This document shows positions 53,783 through 64,000 of a stretch of 64,000 bases of DNA, piece by piece. This stretch comes from Lachnospiraceae bacterium (lineage in GTDB: Bacteria > Bacillota > Clostridia > Lachnospirales > Lachnospiraceae). Position numbers and translations under genes: made by a program. The stretch's first letter is position 1; each line of letters starts with the position of its first letter. The notes under the pieces are model-generated. The model searched no databases. It saw only the letters and a program-made list of their open reading frames with translations, and was not told where the DNA came from. The stretch spans positions 6,606-70,605 of the forward strand of contig SVFL01000010.1 in NCBI GenBank assembly GCA_015056885.1, given 5' to 3'.

Positions 53783-54985
53783 TTAATAAAATACATGTCC
53801 GCCGATACGGATTCCCTCCAGACCATCAATCGGAGTTCTGAAAAACAGACATTTACCTACATTGGTCACTCCTGCCATGGCCTCGTCTGCTGCCCTGTAA
53901 CAGGAAGGAGTTGCCTTATTGGACGCAAGTGCCAGCTCCAGTCTGCCGCTGGCTACCGGAGAAAACTGACGATTCTGATAAATAACCCCAACCACTGTTC
54001 CGGGAAACTTCTCACTGAGTACACGATTGATTACAACCGCACCAACTGCAAGCTGCCCCTCATAGGGCTCACCGCCTGCCTCACAATAAATCAGATTTGC
54101 CAGAAGATATCTGTCTCCTTCTGCAAATTCTATCTCAGAGATGTCTCTCCACTCACCGTTAGCAGCCGCCTCTGACATAGCCAGTTCTTCTGCAATTTTC
54201 TTAATGACATCTTCCTGTGCTTTGATTTTCTCTTCATATGCAAGAGCTTCTTTCTCAGCCTCAGATATCTCATTTGCATACTTATTGATAGAATTAGATG
54301 TGGCACTTACCAGACCGGAAACCTTATTTTTCTGGGTCTCCGCTTCCAGTTTCAAATTGTCTAATTCGACTTTTTCCTGCTGCAAAAGCGCTTCATGTTC
54401 CTCAATCAGCTGACGATTTTCCTTAAATTCATCCAACTTCAACTTATCATACTTGGCCACTTTTTCATAGTTATCTGCCGTGTTTAAAGCCTCAGCAAAA
54501 CCGGACTCATCAAACAAACTGTTTACCACCGCGTTGAGGTTACTCTGGTCATTGCGCTCATACATTTTACGCACACGCCACACCATGTCTGCATACTGCT
54601 GTTGCTCCGTCTCCTTGGCCTTGGCCAAAACCGCCTGCGTATCTGTAATTTCCTTCTCTTTGTCCGCAATCTGCCCTTCCAGCTTCTCCAGATTAGTACT
54701 AATCTCTGTCAACTGAGTATTGAGTTTACTTAACTCGCCCTTTAGGGACTTCTGTTCGCCCTTCAGGTCATCAATATTGCCTTCCAGCTCGTTTTTCTTG
54801 TTCTCAAGCTCGTTCTTCTCTTGCCTTGCCTTATCCAGGTCCTCATAAGTAGGAGCCGCTTCTACTGTAAGTGCTCTGAACGAACTTTCTCCGGCCGTAA
54901 ATAATACAGAAACGGTCACAATCATCGCCACAACCGCAGTCTTCTTAATGTACTTTTTCACGAGCCTTTTCACGTGCTTTTTCAT
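53783..54985 (-). CDS. Secreted coiled-coil protein with SleB-type (Hydrolase_2) cell wall hydrolase domain
   Basis: Signal peptide, PcsB-like coiled coil, LANLIYCEAGGEPYEGQLAVGAVVINRV, QFSPV, IGGHVF. Confidence 0.88.
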   Translation of the reverse strand: MKKHVKRLVKKYIKKTAVVAMIVTVSVLFTAGESSFRALTVEAAPTYEDLDKARQEKNELENKKNELEGNIDDLKGEQKSLKGELSKLNTQLTEISTNLEKLEGQIADKEKEITDTQAVLAKAKETEQQQYADMVWRVRKMYERNDQSNLNAVVNSLFDESGFAEALNTADNYEKVAKYDKLKLDEFKENRQLIEEHEALLQQEKVELDNLKLEAETQKNKVSGLVSATSNSINKYANEISEAEKEALAYEEKIKAQEDVIKKIAEELAMSEAAANGEWRDISEIEFAEGDRYLLANLIYCEAGGEPYEGQLAVGAVVINRVLSEKFPGTVVGVIYQNRQFSPVASGRLELALASNKATPSCYRAADEAMAGVTNVGKCLFFRTPIDGLEGIRIGGHVFY

Positions 54986-54997
54986 AAGTTACCTCTG

Positions 54998-55519
54998 TTA
55001 CACCTCTATCTCAATCCTGCGTCCCGTACACTCATAAGCAGTGCACTTTATACCTGCTGCCTCAAACATCTTCTTGGATGCTATATTGGTTGGAGTACCG
55101 TTGTACTTGTCACTTGCATATACCACCGTGCGAATACCCGCCTGAATGATTGCCTTGGCACATTCATTACAGGGAAACAATGACACATAAAGCTTAGTAC
55201 CTTCCAAAGAACCGCCCCGATAATTTAAAATGGCATTCAACTCACTGTGGGTTACAAAGGCATACTTGGTATCCAGCACATCGCCTTCCCGCTCCCACGG
55301 AAAATCATCATCCGAACAACCACATGGGAAGCCATTATATCCCATGGATAAAATCTTATTGTCATTGCTGACAATACAGGCTCCAACCTGAGTATTGGGA
55401 TCCTTGGAACGCATTCCCGAAAGATGCGCCACTCCCATAAAATATTCATCCCAGCTGATATAATCTGTTCTTTTACCTGTAACAGGCTTCATTTTCACAT
55501 TTTTCTCTAAATTGTTCAT
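54998..55519 (-). CDS. dCMP deaminase
   Basis: WDEYFM, RSKDP, HSELNA, PCNEC. Confidence 0.94.
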   Translation of the reverse strand: MNNLEKNVKMKPVTGKRTDYISWDEYFMGVAHLSGMRSKDPNTQVGACIVSNDNKILSMGYNGFPCGCSDDDFPWEREGDVLDTKYAFVTHSELNAILNYRGGSLEGTKLYVSLFPCNECAKAIIQAGIRTVVYASDKYNGTPTNIASKKMFEAAGIKCTAYECTGRRIEIEV

Positions 55520-55561
55520 ATCGCACCTCGTTTCTGTAGTGCTCTTATCTTAAACTGTGTC

Positions 55562-55993
55562 CTATGCTTCCTCAATCAATGCAATTCTCTTGTTATGTCG
55601 CTCTTCATTAGAAAACTCTGTACCCAGGAAAGTATCTACAATCTCCATGGCCAGATTCTCACCTACAATACCTGCACCAAGTGCCAGCATATTGGCATTA
55701 TTGTGAAGACGGGTCATCTTGGCAGAAAACACATCGCCGCACAATGCACAACGTACACCTTTGATTTTATTGGCAGAAATACTGATACCGATACCTGTGG
55801 TACAGATTACGATACCCTTCTCACATTCTCCGGATGCCACTGCTTCAGCCGCTGCACGGCCAAATACCGGATAATCACAACTGGACTTGTCAGGACACCC
55901 AAAATCCTTACACTCAATGCCCTGCTCTTCCAGATGACGCATTACCTTTACCTTCAAATCATATCCGCCGTGATCACTACCGATTGCTATCAT
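55562..55993 (-). CDS. rpiB: Ribose-5-phosphate isomerase B
   Basis: IGSDHGG, DYP, ICTTGIG, HNNAN, RH..R. Confidence 0.95.
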   Translation of the reverse strand: MIAIGSDHGGYDLKVKVMRHLEEQGIECKDFGCPDKSSCDYPVFGRAAAEAVASGECEKGIVICTTGIGISISANKIKGVRCALCGDVFSAKMTRLHNNANMLALGAGIVGENLAMEIVDTFLGTEFSNEERHNKRIALIEEA

Positions 55994-56024
55994 TTTATAA
56001 ATCCTCCGTTTTGATAATTTTTGA

Positions 56025-57095
56025 TTATGTCAGGTCTACCACATGATGTCCGGCAGCCTTCAAAAGTCTGTTCATAATAGCCTGTCCGAGTCCTTCCGCC
56101 GAGAAGCCCTCCGAGTAAATCCTCGTCACCTTCTCGTCATCAAACTCACGCAAAATTGCGTATAGACTGTGCGCAATGGACTCTTCATCCATTCTGCTAC
56201 CCACACTTTTTACCACATTCGCCCGATACTCGTCAAGTACTTCAGCAGTTCCGATGACACCCACTTTCTCACCAGCTGCCATATCCTCCGCTGCCCGGCT
56301 GTTAATATAAGCGGTCACTGCCTCCGGTTGTCCTTGCACAATCACAAGCTCCCCTGCAGGCGCATAATGTCTGTATTTCATTCCCGGAGCCTTGGGAGCC
56401 TGCCCGCAATCCTCCTGAGATTTCATTACCGTAACATCAACGGCAACCTCACCTAACACCTTCTCAAGCATCTCCCTCGTCACATAACCCGGACGCAAAA
56501 TTTGAGGAGGTGTAACTGTCAAATCTATGATGGTAGATTCAATCCCAATACCCACCTGTCCGCCGTCCAGAATCATATCAATTCTGCCGTTCATGTCCTC
56601 TGCCACATAAGCCGCTAGCGTGGGACTGGGCTTACCTGAGGTATTGGCACTGGGTGCCGCCACATATCCTCCGCTTTCTCTTATAAACGCAAGAGCTACC
56701 GGATGTGAGGGCATACGTACCGCCACCGTATCAAGCCCACCGGTTGTCTCATAAGGTACTGCTTCTGTCTTGGGCAAAATCATGGTAAGGGGTCCCGGCC
56801 AGAAAGCATCTGCCAGTTTCCGGGCCGCCTCCGGAATATCAGCCGCTATGCGAGGCAATGCCTTCATATTCGCAATATGGACAATCAACGGATTATCGGA
56901 AGGACGTCCCTTGGCCTCATATATTTTACGGGAAGAATCCGGATTCAAGGCGTCGCCGCCCAGACCATAAACCGTCTCTGTAGGAAAAGCCACCAGACCA
57001 CCCTCTCGGATAATCTGTCCGGCTTTTTGCAGCATTTCTGCCCGCGCTCCATCATCTTCTCCATCCATTATTTGTATCAATTTTGTATCTTTCAT
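56025..57095 (-). CDS. sua5: L-threonylcarbamoyladenylate synthase (Sua5 type)
   Basis: FPTETVYGL, KGRPSDNPLIVH, APSANTSG, APGMKYRHYAP. Confidence 0.95.
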   Translation of the reverse strand: MKDTKLIQIMDGEDDGARAEMLQKAGQIIREGGLVAFPTETVYGLGGDALNPDSSRKIYEAKGRPSDNPLIVHIANMKALPRIAADIPEAARKLADAFWPGPLTMILPKTEAVPYETTGGLDTVAVRMPSHPVALAFIRESGGYVAAPSANTSGKPSPTLAAYVAEDMNGRIDMILDGGQVGIGIESTIIDLTVTPPQILRPGYVTREMLEKVLGEVAVDVTVMKSQEDCGQAPKAPGMKYRHYAPAGELVIVQGQPEAVTAYINSRAAEDMAAGEKVGVIGTAEVLDEYRANVVKSVGSRMDEESIAHSLYAILREFDDEKVTRIYSEGFSAEGLGQAIMNRLLKAAGHHVVDLT

Positions 57096-57162
57096 TATCT
57101 GCTTTTCCTATTTTTGCACATATATAATTAAGTATATCACACCTTTCCCAAAAGGAAAAGGG

Positions 57163-57861
57163 CTAATCCGCCCCGTTCAAATATTGTAAAATTCCCATAT
57201 GTACTGCCCATGCCACCCTATCCTGATACTCCTCATCACAAAGCTTTGCCGCCTCAGCACTATTGGACAGAAATCCACACTCCACAATCACTATAGGTGT
57301 AGATGTTTTCTTCAACAAATAATAGCTGTCATTGGCTTTTATCTGTCTGTGATTGTCGGGGTCAAGACGTTCCACCAGACTCTTTTGCAAAAGCTCAGCC
57401 ACCTTTTGTCCCTCCCGGCTTCCGGTATAATAAAACACCTGAGCACCGTTTACATACTCCTCCGGATAACTGTTTTGATGAATACTTACTGTCAAAGCCG
57501 GCGCAGTCTGCTCAATAATTTCAATTCTGCGTTTCATATCCTGCACCTTTTTATTGGAAGCATCCGCGTCGTACAGCCCTTCTTCCGTCTCTCTGGTCAA
57601 AACAACCTGAATGTCTTGAGCCTCCAGATATTCTTTGACCCGCAAGGTAATTGCCAGATTCAAATCCTTCTCAAGTACCTGATTAATACCTATTTTCCCC
57701 GGATCGACTCCTCCGTGTCCCGCATCCAGCACTACACATTTTCCCGCTTTTCCCGTCACAGAAGCACTGCTTGCAGGTCTCAAACTCTCCCACTGGGTAA
57801 ACAGAATCACCGCAAATAGCAGTACAGATGACAGAATAGTAAAAATACGTTGTTCTCTCAT
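57163..57861 (-). CDS. cwlD: N-acetylmuramoyl-L-alanine amidase (CwlD-like)
   Basis: LDAGHGG.DPG, EKDLNL, SIHQNS, GAQVFY, IVECGFLSN. Confidence 0.85.
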   Translation of the reverse strand: MREQRIFTILSSVLLFAVILFTQWESLRPASSASVTGKAGKCVVLDAGHGGVDPGKIGINQVLEKDLNLAITLRVKEYLEAQDIQVVLTRETEEGLYDADASNKKVQDMKRRIEIIEQTAPALTVSIHQNSYPEEYVNGAQVFYYTGSREGQKVAELLQKSLVERLDPDNHRQIKANDSYYLLKKTSTPIVIVECGFLSNSAEAAKLCDEEYQDRVAWAVHMGILQYLNGAD

Positions 57862-57962
57862 AATAAATTGTCCCTTAAATTTTCTTATCTACACATCATA
57901 TTCCTGACAAATTATTTCTAAAACTATTGCAATCTCCCTTTTGTCTGACGTATAATAGGGGA

Positions 57963-58868
57963 ATGAATAGTCTAAAATCAAAAATATCAATTATTCTGGG
58001 TGTCGTAGCAGTCGTTTGTCTGATTGCGGGTATGATAATTTTCGCCGGACAACAAATTGCAGACAGAGAATCCGAGGCACTGATAGAAAGTATGCAGGCT
58101 CAGGCACAACAGCGACAGGATGAGAATTCAGAGTTGATTTCCGGTGGGGATATTTCCGGAGAACCTATTGTTTCTTCAGGCAATGTCAACAGCGAAATCT
58201 CCGGTAACGATATTCCCGACAGTGACAATACAAGCACCAATCCGCCTGTAGATAAGCCCCTTGCAGACAATCCTTATCAGGACAGTTTTCTCGCCAATGA
58301 GGATATGGCTGCCTGGCTGAAAATTGAAGGAACCCGAATTGACTATCCCGTCATGTGGACTCCCGAAAATGAAACCTACTACCTCTACAAAAATTTTGAG
58401 GGCAAGGAGGACCAAAACGGAAGCCTTTTGCTGGATACAGACAGTTCCCTCAATCCACTGACCACCAACCTGATTATCCACGGTCACAACATGCGTGACG
58501 GTGACATGTTTGGTACTCTGACCGACTATGAGAACCCGGACTATTGTAAACAACACAATATTATTTCGCTGTATACCGAGGATTGCGAGCGACGCTACGA
58601 AGTAGTAGCAGTTTTTCGTTCACAAGTATACAAAAAGACCGATCAGGTCTTCAAATTTTATAAATTTTTCCAGGCTGACACTGATACAGAATTTGATGAT
58701 TTTTATACAAATATCAAAAAATTATCTCTCTACGATACCGGTGTAACCGCAGAGTTCGGTGATCATTTTATCACACTTTCCACCTGCGTCTATCATGTAG
58801 AACAGGGAAGATTCGTAGTGGTGGCCAAGGAAATCGAACCCGGTGACAGCTATAAGTCTTTTCGCTGA
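57963..58868 (+). CDS. srtB: Class B sortase
   Basis: N-terminal TM, WLKIEGTRIDYPV, IHGHNM, TLSTC, GRFVVVA. Confidence 0.92.
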   Translation: MNSLKSKISIILGVVAVVCLIAGMIIFAGQQIADRESEALIESMQAQAQQRQDENSELISGGDISGEPIVSSGNVNSEISGNDIPDSDNTSTNPPVDKPLADNPYQDSFLANEDMAAWLKIEGTRIDYPVMWTPENETYYLYKNFEGKEDQNGSLLLDTDSSLNPLTTNLIIHGHNMRDGDMFGTLTDYENPDYCKQHNIISLYTEDCERRYEVVAVFRSQVYKKTDQVFKFYKFFQADTDTEFDDFYTNIKKLSLYDTGVTAEFGDHFITLSTCVYHVEQGRFVVVAKEIEPGDSYKSFR

Positions 58869-58915
58869 TAAGTTCCCTGACCGGAACTCTCAATACAAAT
58901 TAACCAGGAGGTAAT

Positions 58916-59773
58916 ATGATGAAAAGAATCAAAAAATTTGTTACGAAATTAAGTGCTACGCTGGCTGCGGCTGCTATTTTGGCCGTGACTCCCGGCGCAA
59001 ATGTTATGGAAGTTGAGGCAGCGCCCAACACCTACTACTTAAAATATGATATTGAAGACCATGTATGGCGCATGCAGATTAACGAATGGAAAGATGGCGA
59101 TATCGGCCGAGAGCTCTATTATCTGAATGAGGGTAGCGAAAAGGTAAAAGATGGCGATGTGGTTGTTGTCCTGGACAATGAAAACAAAGATGCAGGTTCT
59201 GAAAATATTCAGATTAATGCCCGCGTAAGCAATCTAACCATTAACCGTGCAAACGCAATCGTTACCGTTCACGGCGGTATTGATGAGTGCCATGTACTGG
59301 GTGACAGTTATGCTGCAATTACAGGCAACATCACCAACGGTTATGTATACGACGATGCAACCTGTACTTTCCACAGCAATGTAACTAATTTGAAATTGAC
59401 CTGCACCGAGAATTTCAATTCTCCCGAGACCACTGTTACCGTAGGCGGCACTGTAGCTTATGCTGCTACTGCTAACACCGGTGGTATTCTCAAAGAATAT
59501 TACAACTTCAAGGCAGGTACTTTCCACTTTGATGGCGACAGCGGCCTGATGACCGATACTTCCGATTATGGCACCAACGGTAATGGTCCCGCAGCTTCTA
59601 CCCCTCCTGCTCCTACTACTTCCGGTTCTTCCAATTCCGGCAGCAGTTCTTCCTCCGGTGCATACGATGATGTACCTAAGACCGGCGAGAGCAATGTAGT
59701 TGTATGGTTGTTCGCAGCAGCGGCTGCCTGTGCAATGGGTAGCGTGATGCTTAAGAGACGTGTAAATAATTAA
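58916..59773 (+). CDS. Sortase-anchored surface protein (VPKTG sorting signal)
   Basis: Signal peptide, Ser/Pro/Gly-rich linker, YDDVPKTGE, hydrophobic segment, KRR tail; follows srtB. Confidence 0.85.
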   Translation: MMKRIKKFVTKLSATLAAAAILAVTPGANVMEVEAAPNTYYLKYDIEDHVWRMQINEWKDGDIGRELYYLNEGSEKVKDGDVVVVLDNENKDAGSENIQINARVSNLTINRANAIVTVHGGIDECHVLGDSYAAITGNITNGYVYDDATCTFHSNVTNLKLTCTENFNSPETTVTVGGTVAYAATANTGGILKEYYNFKAGTFHFDGDSGLMTDTSDYGTNGNGPAASTPPAPTTSGSSNSGSSSSSGAYDDVPKTGESNVVVWLFAAAAACAMGSVMLKRRVNN

Positions 59774-59790
59774 TTACTCATAAACAAATT

Positions 59791-59821
59791 ATCCGGGGAT
59801 GCCGTAATGACATCCCCGGAT
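59791..59821 (+). terminator. Rho-independent terminator
   Basis: ATCCGGGGATG...CATCCCCGGAT followed by TTCTTTT. Confidence 0.85.
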
Positions 59822-60075
59822 TTCTTTTGGTCTTTTTCAGTTTTATCTACACATCCGGAGTTTATTTCACCTTATCTCCACCACCAACTAAACAGCTTCG
59901 ATTTTTTCTTCCCACTCTGCCTTGCATATCTTGAAAGTTCAAGCACATTCTGCATAATTTTAGGAAAAAATCGATTACTATAAAAGAATAAAGATTACTA
60001 CCTGAAATTTGATATGAATTAAGATTTTATATTGGAGAACCCCACAAAAGCAGGGTTCTCACAATCCGACTTTTA

Positions 60076-61782
60076 TTACGACGCACTATATGCACTAATC
60101 AATTCCCACACAATGGGAGTACCGTAACCCAGTCTCCACACTGCCACGCCGCCGATATTATTGGCTGTCATTACATTTAACTTCACACGGATGGACTCTG
60201 CATCCTCAAGCCACACCTGCTTCAAGCCGCTTCCGCTCTCCCACTCCAGGTAATTCTGGCAAGTGGTCTCATCCCACACAGGCTCAACTCCCACCTGCTT
60301 CAGGAACGCATCCGTATTATTCATGGTCAAATATTCATCAGATACATCTGCTCCATTGGTACACCATACTATAGTATAGAAGGGAAGGGCATTGATAATC
60401 TTCTCGGAGGGTACCATGGAAGCGGTTTTGGTAATACCATTGGTTACATAATCAATACTTGCAACACTTCCCACTTCATCACTGCCGTGCCAATGCTCAT
60501 CATATCCCATGATTACCACATAGTCTGCAACCTGTCCCTGAATATCCAAACGATAATGTTCATTAAAATGAAAAGGTACATAATTGTCCACAGACAAAAC
60601 TAAACTGTTCTCACGACATGCCACAGACAACTCTCTCAAAAACTGCACATAATGCACACCACTCTGTGATGCCACCTGCTCAAAGTCAATATTGATACCA
60701 TCCAGCCCCAAATTGATTGCTGCATCCGTGATACCGCGCACCAGCTTCTGTCGCTTTGCTGTAGAGGATAATACCACATACTCATCCACAGGAGTACCGG
60801 TCTCATTTCTATAATTAAAGTTATCCAAAACACCCCAGACCTGCATTCCAACAGAATGCGCAGAATCTACATAGCTCTTCTCTGCAAAACTTCTGAAATT
60901 ACCCATCTCATCACACAGGCTAAACCAGGTAGGCGCAATCACATTCATGCCCTTAGCTTCTGTCAGCATTTCGTAAAGGGTACTGTTACCAATAGCCGCT
61001 CCGATGGAATGGAAGCCTAGATTTACCTTGCCCTCCTGAAGCATAGCGGTATACTCCGGAGCCACATAATCTGTCACAGGAGTCTCAGTCTCCGTAGCGG
61101 GCTCAGACATTCTCTTATTCTCCACATAACCGATAAATGAGTCAGAAGTCTTTACCTTACTCCAGTTATCCATCTGCTCTAAAATTTCTACCTTCTCACC
61201 CTTTGCCAAATCACGCAGAATCAGGCTCTTGATACCACCCTTTTCACGAACAGCGGTATCCTTCTTAATCTCCGCAACCATGCGTTCACCCCACTGGGTA
61301 TAAACCTGCACATGCTTGTCATACATTTCATAGGAATAATTGGTAAACAGCTTCACATAATCCGCTGCCACATAAATCACGTCACTCTCTATAAAACATG
61401 CCGGATAGCCAAGGTTCTGCGCATCCTGCACACCCTGATAGGTGCCGTCATTTCCCTCAAGGGGGGTACTTATGGTCTCAATAGCATCTGTATAAAGCAA
61501 AACATTCTCCGCTACATCTGCATAAAAGACTTCATTCATATATTTATGAACGGTGTCCAATGTGAAATAACATTTGCCGTCACGAATCAGGGCCTGCTCT
61601 TCCACCATCTCATCCTGCAAAACAATGGCTGCCATCTCGCCGGATACACCGAAATATTCTTCCAAATCCATCTGTTCCTCACTGTAGGAATACTTGTCCA
61701 AAAGCGGTTTCCCAACGATTACCGCCAGCAAAACTCCCATCAGTAAAACTACAACTAAAAATACCAGTCCTTTTTTCTTCAT
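60076..61782 (-). CDS. GH18 glycoside hydrolase with SH3 domain (spore-cortex/chitinase-like)
   Basis: N-terminal TM, SH3b (WSKVKT...GYV), DGINIDFE catalytic motif, MGYDEH, VAVWRLG; start MKKKG. Confidence 0.88.
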   Translation of the reverse strand: MKKKGLVFLVVVLLMGVLLAVIVGKPLLDKYSYSEEQMDLEEYFGVSGEMAAIVLQDEMVEEQALIRDGKCYFTLDTVHKYMNEVFYADVAENVLLYTDAIETISTPLEGNDGTYQGVQDAQNLGYPACFIESDVIYVAADYVKLFTNYSYEMYDKHVQVYTQWGERMVAEIKKDTAVREKGGIKSLILRDLAKGEKVEILEQMDNWSKVKTSDSFIGYVENKRMSEPATETETPVTDYVAPEYTAMLQEGKVNLGFHSIGAAIGNSTLYEMLTEAKGMNVIAPTWFSLCDEMGNFRSFAEKSYVDSAHSVGMQVWGVLDNFNYRNETGTPVDEYVVLSSTAKRQKLVRGITDAAINLGLDGINIDFEQVASQSGVHYVQFLRELSVACRENSLVLSVDNYVPFHFNEHYRLDIQGQVADYVVIMGYDEHWHGSDEVGSVASIDYVTNGITKTASMVPSEKIINALPFYTIVWCTNGADVSDEYLTMNNTDAFLKQVGVEPVWDETTCQNYLEWESGSGLKQVWLEDAESIRVKLNVMTANNIGGVAVWRLGYGTPIVWELISAYSAS

Positions 61783-62437
61783 GATTCTTCTTCTTTCAAT
61801 TAATATAGTGTTCTGTGCAGAATGCAACTGTTCTGTATGCAGTCACATAGCGAACAGTTACATTCTAACACACGAACCCGACATCGTCATTACCATTTTT
61901 GACAAATTAAGATTTTTTTAGAGATAACCGGCTTGTCAGCAAACTGTATAAAAAGAAGATTTTTCCCGAATTTTAACAGTTTCCCGGTCTACTCCGTCAG
62001 TTGACTCTAATCGGACCAAAAGATATCGTGATATATTAATACAAATGCCCCGGCAGTGCATATAAATAGTATTGTTGCCGGTAAACTTTAAACTACAAAT
62101 TCACCTACAACAAAAAAACTTATTAAAGCTGTTTAAAATGAATTATATTTGTGAAAATTATAGTTGAAATACTATGAAAACCTATTGGACAAGCGCGGAT
62201 GCACCTGTAAGACAGCATCATACATTTTGCAAAAAACACTGCACGATTCATGTATAATGTGATATAATAAGTATAGAAAATAATACATCAACTAGGATGA
62301 ATTGAACTGCCGCCTCCTCTCCGCACCGGATTACCGGAGGCATTTGCAAATATAATTATATGCTGTCATCCTAATTTTGGCAAGTCGTTTTCTATAATTT
62401 ATTTTATTAAAATTTTTTAAACACTTTTATGACAGTA

Positions 62438-62466
62438 TTGACGAAACTCGCGCAAACGTATAGAAT
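62438..62466 (+). promoter_or_regulatory. Sigma-A promoter of mecA
   Basis: TTGACG-N17-TAGAAT. Confidence 0.7.
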
Positions 62467-62520
62467 GCTAATAAAATTGAACCATTCATCCGCATCCCGT
62501 ATGCAGAAAGGAGGGTCATT

Positions 62521-63258
62521 ATGAAAATAGAAAAAGTGAATGAGAATCAAATCCGTTGTACCCTGACCAGAGAAGACCTGGCCAGCCGTGAACTGAAAAT
62601 AAGCGAGCTTGCCTACGGCACCGAGAAGGCGAAAAGCTTGTTCCGTGATATGATGCAGCAGGCTAATTTTGAATTTGGCTTTGAAGCAGAGGATATTCCT
62701 CTGATGATTGAAGCCATTCCATTAAATGCAGAATGTATTGTACTGATTATTACCAAGGTGGAGGATCCCGAGGAGCTGGACACACGCTTTTCCAGATTTG
62801 CTCCCCATGTTACAGAAGATGATGACCTCGATGATGACGAGGAATATCCCGACATTGATGATGCAAAAGAGGTGCTTGATCTGTTCCGCAAGCTTCAGGA
62901 GACCGCTCCTGAACCGGCAGCACCTGCACCGCAATCTCCCGTTTCATCGGAAGCTGTTGCTCAGGAAAAGTTACGTACACGCATTTTTGCCATGGATTCC
63001 CTGAACAAGGTAATGTCAGCTGCCAGGATTGTTGGCAATCAATTCAAGGGCCAAAGTACACTTTACAAAGATGAACAAGGTGATAAATACCTGTTAGTAT
63101 TAATTCAGGGCGATTCCACCCGTGAAGACTTTGACCGGGCGAGCAATATGCTCTCCGAATATGGCACACTTCAGCGAATGGCCGGCGGACGTACCTTCTT
63201 GGAGGAACACTATGAAGCACTTGTTCCCGCCAACGCATTACAGGCATTAGCATTATAG
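62521..63258 (+). CDS. mecA: ClpC adaptor protein MecA
   Basis: MKIEKVNENQIRCTL...DL..R, STLYK, LSEYG, EHY; AAGGAGG RBS. Confidence 0.9.
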   Translation: MKIEKVNENQIRCTLTREDLASRELKISELAYGTEKAKSLFRDMMQQANFEFGFEAEDIPLMIEAIPLNAECIVLIITKVEDPEELDTRFSRFAPHVTEDDDLDDDEEYPDIDDAKEVLDLFRKLQETAPEPAAPAPQSPVSSEAVAQEKLRTRIFAMDSLNKVMSAARIVGNQFKGQSTLYKDEQGDKYLLVLIQGDSTREDFDRASNMLSEYGTLQRMAGGRTFLEEHYEALVPANALQALAL

Positions 63259-63332
63259 TGTTGACTTTTGTACTCATCTTCGTTATAATTTGGTTTTGTA
63301 ATTTATAAATTAATACTACCGAGGAGGGTACT

Positions 63333-63764
63333 ATGAAGAAACAATTTAGAATTTTGGCACTTGTTCTTGCTCTTTCCATGGTTCTTATGACCGGTTGCGG
63401 CAAGAAGACCTATACCACTGCTGAGGAATGGTACAGTTCCAATCCCGCTGCATCTGCATTTATGACTGCTATGGTTGAAGCAGAGGATGAGAGCGGCAAC
63501 ATGACCTTTGGCATCAGCGGCAACACTGTTGTTTATGGTTTGACTATGGACGAGGCTGTTTTTGGACAGGATGCAGAAACCGATGCTGCACTCAAGGAGT
63601 ATTTTGATGCTGCATTTGATCAGGAAACTGCAACTTATCAGCAGATTATCACCGAGCTTTCCGAGGCTTGTGGTATTGCAGCAAGCGAACTTTCCGTTCG
63701 CATCGAGATTTTTAATCCCGGCGAAACCACCCCTGGTTATACCAAGACTTTTACTGCTCAATAA
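63333..63764 (+). CDS. Lipoprotein (DUF4854-like)
   Basis: LMTGC lipobox; GAGGAGG RBS. Confidence 0.72.
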   Translation: MKKQFRILALVLALSMVLMTGCGKKTYTTAEEWYSSNPAASAFMTAMVEAEDESGNMTFGISGNTVVYGLTMDEAVFGQDAETDAALKEYFDAAFDQETATYQQIITELSEACGIAASELSVRIEIFNPGETTPGYTKTFTAQ

Positions 63765-63779
63765 GACGAGTATTCACAA

Positions 63780-63811
63780 AAAAGGCGTCACGCATATGCG
63801 TGGCGCCTTTT
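63780..63811. terminator. Bidirectional terminator
   Basis: AAAAGGCGTCACGCAT/ATGCGTGGCGCCTTTT. Confidence 0.8.
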
Positions 63812-63837
63812 GTAACTCTTCTATTCTGCTATATGGA

Positions 63838-64000
63838 TTATACCGCCTCAATTGCAGCCATCAGTGCATCGATGTCAAGACCATGTACCATTGCTGCTTC
63901 CTCCAGAGACTCACCCTGTGCAGAGGGACATCCCAGGCAATGCATACCGGCATTCAAAAGCACAGGTGCAACATCGGGGTTTGCACGCAGAATTTCACCA
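63838..64000 (-). CDS. DUF1858 domain protein (5'-truncated by window edge)
   Basis: Manual translation: [53 protein letters not shown]-stop. Confidence 0.88.
   Translation of the reverse strand, partial: GEILRANPDVAPVLLNAGMHCLGCPSAQGESLEEAAMVHGLDIDALMAAIEAV

Noticed and set aside
59860-59975. Weak inverted repeat (TCGATTTTTTC/GAAAAAATCGA) and a 27-codon minus-strand ORF
   Set aside because: Poor internal pairing and no RBS; support is insufficient.
62001-62018. CtsR-like box upstream of mecA
   Set aside because: Wrong spacing, several mismatches and about 500 bp from the gene.

Overview
Chromosomal 64-kb segment from a spore-forming, low-GC Firmicute. Gene content and order suggest Clostridia, most likely Lachnospiraceae (inference). 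The core backbone, mostly on the minus strand, is pncB / spoVT ... mfd-pth ... spoVG-glgDC / murC-dnaD-dnaC-prs-bioY-queT / kdpE-kdpD-ktrAB / a Na+-type F1Fo atp operon / sleB-like hydrolase, dCMP deaminase, rpiB, sua5, cwlD / srtB plus substrate / GH18 / mecA. Accessory genes lie between spoVT and mfd (GGDEF, giant BspA-like protein, two GT-C-like membrane proteins, an unannotated 32-aa ORF) and between pth and spoVG (XRE fusion, a stand-alone paralogue of its C-terminal domain, an Rpn-type PD-(D/E)XK nuclease). No rRNA, tRNA, CRISPR array, integrase or intact IS transposase was seen. The strongest unexplained signal is a family of three 200-290 bp nested palindromic elements. They share a core with several compensatory base changes and a strand-specific GCGA(A/G)AGC bulge. 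Two sit in opposite orientation inside the atp operon between atpG and atpD, and one borders the XRE/Rpn islet. Also notable are a cluster of seven DnaA boxes upstream of dnaD-dnaC, tandem KdpE-like boxes upstream of a Ktr operon, a preQ1-I riboswitch, and a probable in-frame internal start in the Rpn gene. All calls come from reading the sequence by eye; no database searches were run.
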